Shown here: in pieces, positions 24,620 through 35,093 of the stretch
Numbering within the stretch: position 1 is the stretch's first letter
Layout: the number at the start of each line of letters is the position of its first letter
Source of the DNA: Gnetum montanum
Taxonomy: Eukaryota; Plantae; Gnetophyta
Direction: 5' to 3'
Length of the DNA stretch: 64,000 bases
NCBI GenBank assembly: GCA_015680685.1
Contig: MNCI01002813.1
Coordinates: forward strand, 1,566,287 to 1,630,286
Program-made: the position numbers and the translations under genes
The notes under the pieces: model-generated
Database searches by the model: none
The model's input: the letters and a program-made list of their open reading frames with translations, nothing else
Told to the model about the DNA's origin: nothing

Positions 24620-27521
24620 GGAAGATTTAGGTCTACATCATTAAGTCAAAATCTGATTTGTTTAATACTTTTAAGAAATTCAAAGCTTTGGTAGAATGAC
24701 AAACCAAGTTGCAGTTAAAAAATTTACAAACCAATAATGGCACAGAATATGTGAATCATGATTTTCAACAGTATGTTACAAACTATGAAATTATACACCA
24801 AAAGATAGTCCCTTACAACCCTGAGCAAAATATAGTGGCTAAAAGTAAAAATAGAACTATCTGTGTGAAATGGTTCCTTGTAAGTTCTCACTTACAATTG
24901 GATAATAGCTTCTAGGATGAGGCTATGAGAACTACAGTGCATATCCTTCACAGGAGTCCCACACTATATCTCAAAGTTAATTGTTCTAAAAAGATCTGGA
25001 GTGGAAAGAGACCTAATTTAGGTCATTTGCAAATTTTTGAATGTCAAGTTTAATATCATACTAATACTCCAGTTAAATAAAACCAAAAAGAACATGAATG
25101 GCATTTCGTAGCTTATGCAATCACAGAAAAGGATATCAGATATGAGATCCCAAATTACAAAAGTTGATAATATCCCATGATGTGACATTTAACGAGGAGT
25201 TATGAAAAAATAAGCATGAAGTGTCCAACCTTGAGATTAAGGATAAAGATCATAAGCCAAATCATAGTCAATGATGACTTCCACATACCATCCCAAGAAA
25301 GTAATAGATATCAACATAAAAGTGGACAAAAGTGAATTGAGACAGTCCCCAAGATACTAGCCGTGAGCGGACAAATAATATCCAAGATGCTAGAAATGAT
25401 GTTGGCAATAGCAAAGATAACCAGCTCACAAAACAAGTTCACTGACCAACATAGTGGCATTCTATGATTGGAAGTGTCAATGGCAGGGCAAACTTTGAAA
25501 TGAATAAGCCCAAAGTAACAAGAAGTCAATTCATGAACTGCATCATAGAGATATAATAGCACATGCTGCCTTGTTAGATAAAGAAATACCTAAGATGGTT
25601 AGTCAAGCTCTTGAAATTGCAAACAAACAAAGATCTAGCTTTTCATAAAGGCAAATGATAAAAAAGAACTCCTGTAGCTAACCCCATTTTGTTGGGACAA
25701 TGCTAAGATGATGGTGGTGGTGGCCGCAGTAGTGGTGGTGGTTATTAGTCAAGCTATTGCTATGCCTCATTGGAAAAAGGCTATGGATGTAGAACTCGAA
25801 ATGATAATTCAGAGAGAAGTTTGGGAACTTATACCATGCCCAAATGTAAAAAAACCAATTTGAATATAAGATGGATCCCTTAAAAAATACAAGGTGCAAC
25901 TGGTGGCTGAAGGATTTTCACAAATTAAACAAACTGATTGGCAGGAAACATTCACACTAGTGACCTTTCAGATAATCATCTCATTGATTGTGAAGTTTCA
26001 TTGGAAACTGCAAGAGGAAATTTACATCGAGCAACCAAACGGTTTCATGAAAGATGACAAACTAGTGTGGATATTGAACAAGGTAAGTTATAGTCTCAAA
26101 CAAGCTTCAAGAGTGGTATTACAAGATTCATGAATTCTTGATTAACCACAAATTCACAAAATCCTAGAAAGACAGCAACCTTCATGTATTCACAAAAGAT
26201 AAGAAGATACAAATGTTGCTTGCATTCTATGTTGATAATATTTTAGTTGCAAATTTGAACATTTGGATCATGAACCACTTTAAACAGCAATTGTCATCAC
26301 AATTTGATATCTTAGATCATGGTCCAACACATTATTACCTTGGCATGAAATTAATGTTGGAATCAGATCAGATTACATTCTCCCAAATGAAGTGTCACAG
26401 AATCTTTAGAAAAACTCAACATGCAAAATTGTCATGAGTCCTACATAACAATGACAGTACGGATTCCAAATTAATGTTGAAGATGACCCTGTCAACCCCA
26501 TGCAGTATCAATAGGTTATTGGAGCCATAATCTATCTCATGAACACAAGACCAGACATTCAATTTTCCATGAATCAACTTGCAATTGTGATCAAAACGCC
26601 CAATCACCAGCACATGAAGGCAACCTCCCTTATTATCCAATGTATTATGACCATGATGTCCTATGGAGTATGCTTTAAAGTTCAATACACAAAGGCTATA
26701 GAAGTCTACATTCATGTTCATTGGGGTGATGATTCGTTAGATAGGAGTTCCCGAACTAGGTTCCTTATTTAGCTATTTGGTACTACCATCAACTGGCATA
26801 GCGGTTCATAATGAGTGGTTTCACTTTCTTCAATGAAGGCACAATACAGAGCTCTTTGAGAAACTCTACAGGATGTTATGTGGGTTGAGCAACTACTTGC
26901 AAAAATTGGTATCGAAGTACCCAAACCTATTTCTTTTTATTAAGATAATCAAGCTGCAATCAAAGTAGTACAAAATCTGGTCTATCACGACAATAGCAAA
27001 CACATTGACATCAGTGCACATTTTGTACAACAAAAGTATCTGGAATATTATGTGGATATTGAATATATATCCACAAAGTCTTAAAAGTTAAATGGATTCT
27101 CAAAAGCCTTAGCCAAACAACCATTTGATATTTTTATAAACTGTCTGTCCATGGGTCCTCTCATTCACAATGCAAAGTAAGAAAAATGTTATGTTTATCT
27201 CTTAATTAACTCATGAGATTAATTTACACGTTATCCATGGTTCATGAAATGATATGGATCTGTTATGGAGAGTTGACTTCTCATGGTGATTTATTTGTGT
27301 GATGTGTGTGTATCAAAGGATGACTGTGAGTTGAAAATGTCAGTTCCTAAAGACAAATGATCAAAAGGTTAAAGTGAAACATATTCACGAGATAGAAGAA
27401 AACATGAGAGTGGGAAAACCTTGAACTCACGTTGTACAAGAAATTTTCAAGTAATTTTGTAAAAGAATTTTGGTGTTTCTATGTCTACTTTCATATAAGA
27501 TCCTGAGTACATAAATTCTAA
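24620..27521 (+). mobile_element. Decayed Ty1/copia element B (integrase-RT-RNase H-3' LTR)
   Basis: LQTNNGTEY, PYNPEQN, WKKAMDVELE, LVAEGFSQ, FYVDNILV, TRPDIQFSMN, KHIDISAHFV. A probable 3' LTR ends ...ttctaaca at 27521. Confidence 0.85.
25610..25744 (+). mobile_element. Short RTE 3' fragment inserted in copia B
   Basis: Matches 5255-5340 (aaagatctagct...ccccattttgttgggacaa). Perfect TSD ttagtcaagct (25599-25609 / 25745-25755); excision restores EIPKMVSQAIAMPHWKKAMD. Confidence 0.88.
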
Positions 27522-27830
27522 CAGATAACACAATGGTGTGTTGTTTAATGCTTGCCCACAAAATATGGTGGCAACCAACTAGGATCAAAAATATCTAGTT
27601 CGTCAATACCAGGTACTTGATTCACCACTCCAATCTGCACCACAGTAAGCTGATAACACCATTGGTTATTCTCAAGGAAAATGAAATCCGAGACATCAAG
27701 TTCCATCAATGCACTGAAGCTCCTTTCATGTGTTGAATATTGAGATTCTGCATCACTGTCACAAGATAATTAACAGCATACTGGATATCTGGTCAGGTAT
27801 TTGTCAAGTATATGAGAATATGGATTATTC
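27522..27830 (-). mobile_element. Ty1/copia RT-RNase H fragment C
   Basis: Minus strand YLTNT*PDIQYAVNYLVTVMQN...AYCGADWSG, cut where it meets the copia B LTR end. Confidence 0.75.
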
Positions 27831-27939
27831 TGTTAAATGTTTGTTCAAATGATGACGCTTTGAATAATCCAAAAGTTGAAGAACAGCCTGAATGCAACAT
27901 GTTTTTGAATGCATTTTTTATTCTTTATTTTTTGGGATC

Positions 27940-29450
27940 TTCTAGTATGGTTAAGAGGCTAAATGATGTTGAAAATGAAGGTCCTTTGAGAAAACACTTG
28001 TTTAGGACTAGATACCTAGTGAATGGGCAAAGTTTGCACGTTCTTGTGAACAGTGCATCCCAAGAGAATGTAATCGTTGCTTCCATTGTCTCAAAATTTG
28101 GTTAGAAGACTTTTAAGCATCCTAATCTCTAAAAACTTATTAGCTGACGAATAATCATTGAAAGGAAGCTTTAAAAACAATGTGAAACTGAATTTTCTAT
28201 TGGGACATATCATGATCAGGTTGTTTGTGATGTGATTCTCATATATTGGGCTCACATAATTCTGAGCAACCCTTGGAATGTTGACAACAAGGCAAAATTT
28301 GATCCCATGAAGAAAACAAAGAGTGTCCAAAACGGGCACAAGTCTCACAATTCGCTTCCTTGATCTCCAGCTTAGGTGAGGAGATTTCAAGATGAGATCT
28401 ACATTGATATTGCACGTTGACAAGCAATATGAGCATGTGGAATATGCTCCAACTCACAGCCATGAGTTTCGGGAGGATGTGAAGCATGAGAAGACATTTC
28501 CACATGAAAACACCATCCCAAGTCAGGGTCTTTGTTTTTAGGGAGGAAGGAGTACCCATGAAAGGGTTTCAAGAACTTTAAGACCTGTTGGGAACACAAT
28601 TCACCTATGCTGGTGACAAACACACTTCGGGGAGCTATGATTTCAAATTTTCAATATTTGTCTCATGATTCTTTAGTCTCTTCTACTCCAAAATCGTTGC
28701 GGTATGACTTGAGGGATGGAGTATTACTTTTGCATGTGGAGTTGTCTTTTCCATGTGGTCCATTGAGGACAAAACTAATTGGACAGCAGCACAAAAAAGG
28801 AATGAATTTGAATTCCCTGTCAAGAAAATTGGGAAAACATTATTTTTGGCCAGGTCTCTACCAAGATGTGAAGAGCATTTTGATGCTCCAAGATACCAGA
28901 AGGCTTACAATGAGGAAGTTGAGGCTGCCAAAATTGATGTTCATTGGCAAGCTTGGCCAATGATAGAAATGAAAAGCTGAAGGCTTCTAGTGCTTCAAGT
29001 ATTGTCCAAGATGCAAGGACAATAAGGAAAGTGTGATTTGTGTGGGCAATTTGGTTTGGTTACAAGCTATGCAAGCAAAGATCAAGGGCATCCACTTGGA
29101 AAAATGAAGAAGAATAAGATTTGGACCTTTTGAGATTGAGGCCATGAGTGTGCAAAATGGCACATGCAAGCTACTGATTCCCAATGATATTTTCCCCTCT
29201 AATGAATTTTGTATTACAGGTCTAAAAAGATTTTATGGCCAGGTTGGTGAGGTCAAGACTCAAGCCAAGCATTGATGAGTTAAGAAAAGCAATCGAGGAG
29301 GCAAAGCACAAGACACTCTCGGAGGAAGTGACGGTCATCAAAGGTGGCCTTAGAAGCAAGTTTGGACCTCAAATTGAAGCCTCTTTAAATTACCCATTCC
29401 AGCACCTATTGTACCTTGATAACTGAAATTCCCTTGTGTCAAAATTTTGT
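27940..29450 (+). mobile_element. Internally deleted Ty3/gypsy remnant, CRM-like
   Basis: Protease region RKHLFRTRYLVNGQSLHVLVNSASQENVI and CDVILIYWAHIILSNPW; integrase zinc-finger region (LRTKLIGQQH...YFWPGLYQDV); GPF motif (RFGPFEI). No RT or RNase H recognised. Confidence 0.65.
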
Positions 29451-30047
29451 AGTGATTCATATTGTAATTAAGGATCATTGAACATTCCAAGTTGTACTCT
29501 TTGAAGACATAGAATTTTATAAAGGAAGAGGATCTAATGTAGACACCACCCTCATGGCCTTGTCTATTATGTGAAGTCTCAAGGATCAAGAATCCTTGGT
29601 TGTGTCTTTGTTGGGATGCCTTTGTTTAGGACCAAAATCTCATCTAAGCCATTTTGTATGAACCATGAGTCAAACACAAATCACATGCAGGTCATAATAC
29701 ACACCATTGCTCACAATGAGGTTGTAATTGTTGTTTTTGGGATTTATGGTTCATCACACGTTATGATTAGTGATAGCAAGTAAAGTACATGTTATAAATA
29801 GTGATAGCAGGAAGACTAGGAATCATTAGCAATAACAAATAGACCACAAGTCACAATCAGCTTGCAACAAGTACAAAATTCAAATTAAATTGTTATAATG
29901 GGTCACATCTACAATTTTTCAACATCATTGCCAACTTGTTAGAAAATTTTCATAACTTGCGAAAGATATTATCTGACATAACATATATTTAAAAACATAA
30001 TAAAAACAGATTTCACAAATGCTTCCCACAAAATCCAAAAGTTGTAC

Positions 30048-30235
30048 AATGAGATGTTAGCCTAGTGGTAAGGATCTTAGCCTGGTAACCCCACGTCATA
30101 GGTTTGATTCTACTAGGAAAAACTGAGTTATAAATTTTTTATAAAAAAATCTGTAAAAGGGATTCTTAAACTGGTCCAATAGATCCAAGGGGTCTCAATG
30201 GATGTAAGTAAAAACTTCAGTTTCCTAGGGTGCAT
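30048..30235 (+). mobile_element. tRNA-derived SINE, family A
   Basis: aatgagatgttagcctagtggtaagg (A box)...taggtttgattc (B box)...ctgagttataaa. Confidence 0.7.
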
Positions 30236-30745
30236 GGTAAATGGAATACTTTTTTCTAAGGAACCAATACATATTTGAAAAGAGTGCTCCTTGCAAGAAT
30301 TATTTTACTTTCCATCAACATTTTTATTCCATTCTCTACTCATTGCCTAATATTTGCCAAAACTGACGGTCTATTGGGATAAACATTGAGCCTCCGTGTG
30401 ATTACCTTTTTTGGAGGGTTTGAGCCAAAATTACTTTAATTTATTTTCTTGCACAGTCCTCCCTCTCAAACCCAATAATTTTATAAATATGCTAAGTATC
30501 ATAATAAGAACACTCTCATTGGCAAGTACACATTAAATGATAATTCATTAATGTAGAACTTGTTTACAGAAGTACTTTAAGAAAAAAAAAGACACACCTT
30601 CAATCTCATCTTTAAAATACAGTTAAAATTATTCATGCCACACAGTGTACCATGAAATTTATGAAATATGAAAAATGCATTATGAACAAAATTACGTCTG
30701 TAAAAGAATTTTCAATTATAGTTAGAAATGCTCAAAGACTTTATT

Positions 30746-30920
30746 GATGAGTTATAGCTTATTGGTAATAATTTGCGACTTGATTCCTACAATTCCTAGG
30801 TTCAATTCCGACAGGGTATACTGAGATTCAAGAAATTAGCTAAAAATAATGACTTTAAGTAAAATCAGTCCAATAGATCTCCAGGATCTGCAATTGAATT
30901 TCAGTTCCATATTGTATATA
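30746..30920 (+). mobile_element. tRNA-derived SINE related to family A
   Basis: tagcttattggtaa...taggttcaattcc...ctgag...gtccaatagatc, shared with the 30048 copy. Confidence 0.55.
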
Positions 30921-31471
30921 CAAAATACCACTCAAATTCAATAATTTGATATTTTTGTATCACTTCTCATGTTGGCATGGCTATTAAAAAACAATCGGGT
31001 TAAATTTATTTCCCTCTTTAAGATTATATTATGTGTTCATACCAGCACCCTAGAAAAAGTTGGAAGACTTTTCAGACTAAAATATCACTAAAAGATGCAA
31101 CTCTTGGTGATCTGTTGTGAAGATAACTTTTTCAAGAATCTCGCAAAGAATAGCAACATTTCAGTGTTAACATGTGAGCGAAAAATTCTTGAATCAGTGA
31201 CCGACCATCAACTTTGAAAGTACAACGTCCAGGAATCCATAAAGTACTAACTCTTTGATAGCACTTGCAGTAAATGAAACTGAATTTGTGAGAAAAGAGA
31301 AATATCAACCTAGATAGTCTCCACATCTTTATTTTTTAAAGTATTTCCCTTAACGCATTGTTTAATCAAGTTCATTCCCTTTTTCTCTTACGCCGGTTTC
31401 TTTAAATTATACACTTTCTACATAAATAACATAATATGCTATTGAAATGATGCATAGTTGCGGCATTATAC

Positions 31472-32599
31472 CTGGAAATGGGAGCTATTTAGACAACGAC
31501 CAATTTGACGAAACAAAGGCACCATGCACCTCTGGAACTCAGTCAGTTGGGTGGCCTCAAGCACTTCCTCTAGCTCTCCCAAGAACATCACCTCCTTCTG
31601 GCTGTTTGTAATGGGCCAGTATTTGAGCAATCCCCTTATGACTGTGTCAGCCAATTTGCAATCCTTCTCTACAAACTGAGTTATGCAGTACGACAACTGC
31701 TGATGGTACATGAAAACGCACTTGGGCTTATGCAAGGGAATCAGAGCCCTCACAAGGAATAGCTTATGCTCCTCCTTGAGAGGGAGTGCAAACCCATTAA
31801 TGATACTGCCTAAGATCTCCAACAGCTCTGCGATTCCATTATGTCTTTCGGTCTCAAATATAAACCTGTAAAATATGTTGTTAATGGCCTTTCTGATAAA
31901 AGGCCTGTGCACCATAAACTTCCCATAAATCCTATGCAGAATGGTTTTCAAGTACTCTCTTTCTCTGGGGTCTTCCGAATCAAACAGCTCCAATAGCCGC
32001 AAAACAAATGAGTGATCAATATACTTCTTGGCAATCTTGGCATCTGTTTCAGGGGATGCCACAAACCTCAAAAGAAATTCATACACAATCTGCAGATGGG
32101 TCCATGCAGGCTCCATAACAGGCTCCTCCTCCTCCAGATCAATCCCCTCAGGGGCCCCTGTATTCTCGTGGTACGAAGGGGGAGGGGTCCTAAATAAGTT
32201 CACAGTAAGCATCTTGCAGATTTCCTCCATGACAGGCTCTGTGAATCTAGAACCCCCCGAAGTTATGTAATCTACAAGCTCTAACAAAGTTTGCCTCTTG
32301 ATTTCCTTCTCCCTGACATTCTTTCCTGGGTCACTGAAATCAAACACAACACAGCACATATTCAGCTTGCTAATGAACAAGTTCTGTCTCTCGGATCCTG
32401 GAACGTCTCTGAAGGTGGCCAGAGGCTCGTAACTTGTGCTGCCATTAGCAGGGAACACAGCAGATGCAGAGCTCCTCTTGCCTCCTCCCCCGCTGTTGCT
32501 CCAGACAGCATTGTTGTTGCTCCAGACAGCATTGCTGTTGCTGCTGCTCTCTGATTTCGAGGGCTTTTTTGGCAGTTTTCCTAGTATCTGCTTTAACAT
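31472..32599 (-). CDS. PP2A-B': PP2A regulatory subunit B' (B56), first coding exon (376 codons; 500 aa protein after splicing)
   Basis: [16 protein letters not shown]...[10 protein letters not shown]...[24 protein letters not shown]...[22 protein letters not shown]...CLNSSHFQ is a canonical plant B56 sequence with an intact ORF. Confidence 0.97.
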
Positions 32600-32622
32600 C
32601 CTCTGAAAGAAAGCTAATTCAC

Positions 32623-32810
32623 CTACAAAAACAAATGAACCGAGATCAAGAAAGCAATCACAATACCAGGTTTGCCAATCACCAATAACGTTCTCTTAAC
32701 CCTTGTTCTGCTTTCGTCTCTACTGGTTCACTGCCAGTAACGAAATATCTTTCGTGAGAGAAGCTGTAGGGCAAAACACAAAATGCTAATGTTTATCTTC
32801 AAATATTTAC
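32623..32810 (-). other. Putative 5'-UTR intron of PP2A B'
   Basis: Donor-like AG|GTAAAT at 32810 and acceptor-like tcatttgtttttgtAG at 32624-32623. An alternative acceptor tttcttTCAG lies 3 nt before the ATG. Confidence 0.5.
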
Positions 32811-33784
32811 CTATGTTTCACCTCCTTTTCCTGCAAACCCCCTGTCTTTGAAAAGAAATCCCCTGTATCAGACGAAGCAGATAAAATGAAACAACCGATG
32901 AGGCGATAACCTAAAGGCGTGCTGCTTCTGTCCATGAATCCCAATCGCAGAAAAGATGCTCGCATTCCCTTATATGTTGCATTTTCTGGAAACTCCCCAT
33001 CCTTGACACAAATCAAATCTGTACCGATAAAACAAGATATACCAGATATTTTCAACCCCTAAATGTTGTTATATTCTTCTTGCTCCTTGCTTTCCTTCAT
33101 TTTTCTGCAACGTAGTAGAACAAAGTAACAGATAAACCCGAACCCATAACACTACGCTTCTGGATGTAAATCTAAATCTCAGAAACCGAATGGATTAGAG
33201 TAGTAGAAAACGGGTGGCGCCTTCCTTCGCGTTTTAACTTCTCTGCAAACCCAGTGACAACATTTGCTGACAGAAATAGTGTCTATAACAGATGATGAGG
33301 TTGAACCCAGAATAGAACATACAAGGCAGTGGGTTAGGAATGGAATCCTTCAATCACAGAAATAGAAGGGATTGAACTGCAAAACCCAGTATTTTGTTGG
33401 CGCTTCCTTGCCAAAACCTACCGAACCCCACCCAATCTGTTACAAAGCCCCACCCCAAACAAAGTCTAAAGCAGGAGAAGTTTCAAAACTCAGATGCAGT
33501 AAAGGATGGTGCTACTGCTGCCTATTTCTGCTTGTCGTTGTTGCTGTCAATTGCAGAAGAAGCAGCAGCAACAGCCACAAAGCTGCCATTCATTTCATTT
33601 CATCCCAAGAAAACCAAAGGACCCACCCCCTCTCGCTGGACCATTAGCGTTTGGCGTGAGGTCTATTTCGTAAACTTGTGATGCACTTGACATTGACAAT
33701 TATCATATGCATAATTTGGTGTCGCTCTTTATTTGTAGTGGATTCTATTAACTCCTCTTCATTGTATTCACATTTTTTTTTTTT

Positions 33785-33806
33785 NNNNNNNNNNNNNNNN
33801 NNNNNN
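33785..33806. other. Assembly gap (22 N)
   Basis: Run of n following a T homopolymer. Confidence 1.
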
Positions 33807-33829
33807 TGATATATTACATGGCATTTCCT

Positions 33830-34276
33830 TAAGTTTTATAAGCCTTTTTTTGCCTTATACTGATTTTTAGGCTATATACCAAGAGGCTCCAAGTAGAGGA
33901 TTACTTGGACAAATTCTTAAGTGGTATTATTAAATTGTTGCTAAATGAAAGAAATTTTCATTTGATAGAGAATTGGTAACCCATCATAGTACTTGGAACT
34001 ACATATAAATTTATTGCTATAGCAATAGCTTCCAAGTTTAAAAAGCATATCACTAAAGTTTTTAATCAAGAACAAGAACAATTAAGTTTTGTTTCTAAAA
34101 GATACATTCTAAAATTATTGCTAGAGCAATAGCTTCTAAGTTTTAAAAGCATATTGCCAAAAGTTTTTAATCAAGAACAATTAAGTTTTGTTTCTAAAAG
34201 ATACATTCTAAAATTATTGCTAGAGCAATAGCTTCTAAGTTTAAAAAGCATATTGCCAAAAGTTTTTAATCATGAA
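33830..34276 (+). mobile_element. Decayed L1 ORF2, 5' part (split by an Athila insertion)
   Basis: SGIIKLL..., IENW*PIIVLGTTYKFIAIAIASKFKKHITKVFNQEQ matches the L1 RT NWRPI/YKIIAK region. It continues at 43986. Confidence 0.75.
34011..34271. repeat. ~99-bp tandem triplication within the L1 RT
   Basis: ttattgcta(t/g)agcaatagctt...aagatacattcta starts at 34011, 34115 and 34214. The third copy is cut by the LTR. Confidence 0.9.
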
Positions 34277-35093
34277 TGATGAGTGGCGAGATACCCCTAC
34301 ACTCAACCATACGAATACGAGCGTAGCATGCGTGATCCGGTCGAACTCCGCAGAGTAAGTGCCTACACACCCCATGAAACACTTAGGGTTAATCATTCGT
34401 TGTCTTCCCAGACTTACTTGTAGTTGTCACGGTGTATGCTTAAGTAAGTCCGAGGTATATGATTTTTATAGTTTTTTATGTTTTATGTCTCCTATGTTAT
34501 TGAGGTGAAGGGTTGAAGAGACTAATTACTAACTCTAACTAATGAACTAAGTCTAATTTAACCTAGCGTCAACATTCATTCCCACTTACCATACACACCT
34601 TGAACTGATGCAACCACGGCCACCAAACGCTAATCGTTGCTGGGATCACCACGCGTAACGCACGTGCTCGAAGTGGTTGTACTAAGGCACTTAACTAGGA
34701 GAGAAGGGTTGAGAAGGAAAGCAGTAAATAACAAGTAATAAATAACAGATAATAAATAACAGTAATAAAATCCTATTCTATGCGCTGCAAAGTTTATCCA
34801 CGAGCTCGTCTTTATTGCCGTACACAAACTTGTGTTCAGGTACAATGTTTGCTCGAATAAAGATCCGTTCACTTTAGGACTCCTATTGCGGGCACAAGGA
34901 AAATATTCTATCTCTAGAGTGATCAATCTGCCAGAGTTTCCCTACTGTTTAGCCTAGAATGATGAAACAAGGGAGAGCTACCTCTTATTTATAGATATGA
35001 TGGCGCACCACGATATCGTGCACGTGATATCGTAGGGGAAGACGCAATATCGTGTACGTGATATCGCAGCCCATGCGATATCGCGTCCCATCA
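34277..35093 (-). repeat. 3' LTR of Athila-like element 1
   Basis: TG...CA termini; homologous to 43121-43985; adjacent PPT gtcatgggggta (35105-35094). Confidence 0.95.

Larger units (their letters stand above)
14789..24640 (+). mobile_element. Decayed Ty1/copia element A with nested insertions
   Basis: Domains in copia order: gag (FSLWTRMMNRLLKHNECWDITEKG, ~15950), protease (SGCSKHL, ~17395), integrase (FELLHMD...VIVDD...IRSDCGTEF, 18080-18300), RT (KARLMVRGFKQ, LHQMDV, 19050-19290, resuming at 22769), RNase H (GDKDDRKSTS, ~23580). Diverged ~400-bp direct repeats at ~14789-15188 and ~24192-24610 are possible LTR remnants. Confidence 0.8.
10405..31471 (-). other. 21,067-bp phase-0 GT-AG intron of the PP2A B' gene
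   Basis: Donor CAG|GTATAA at 31471 and acceptor at 10405. Splicing restores the conserved SSHFQ|VAERAL motif. Confidence 0.93.

Noticed and set aside
31466-32599. 377-aa ORF as a complete protein
   Set aside because: It ends at a splice donor; the C-terminus is encoded at 10404-10030.
33372-33681. Short plus-strand ORFs upstream of PP2A
   Set aside because: No recognisable homology; more likely the promoter or leader of the minus-strand gene.
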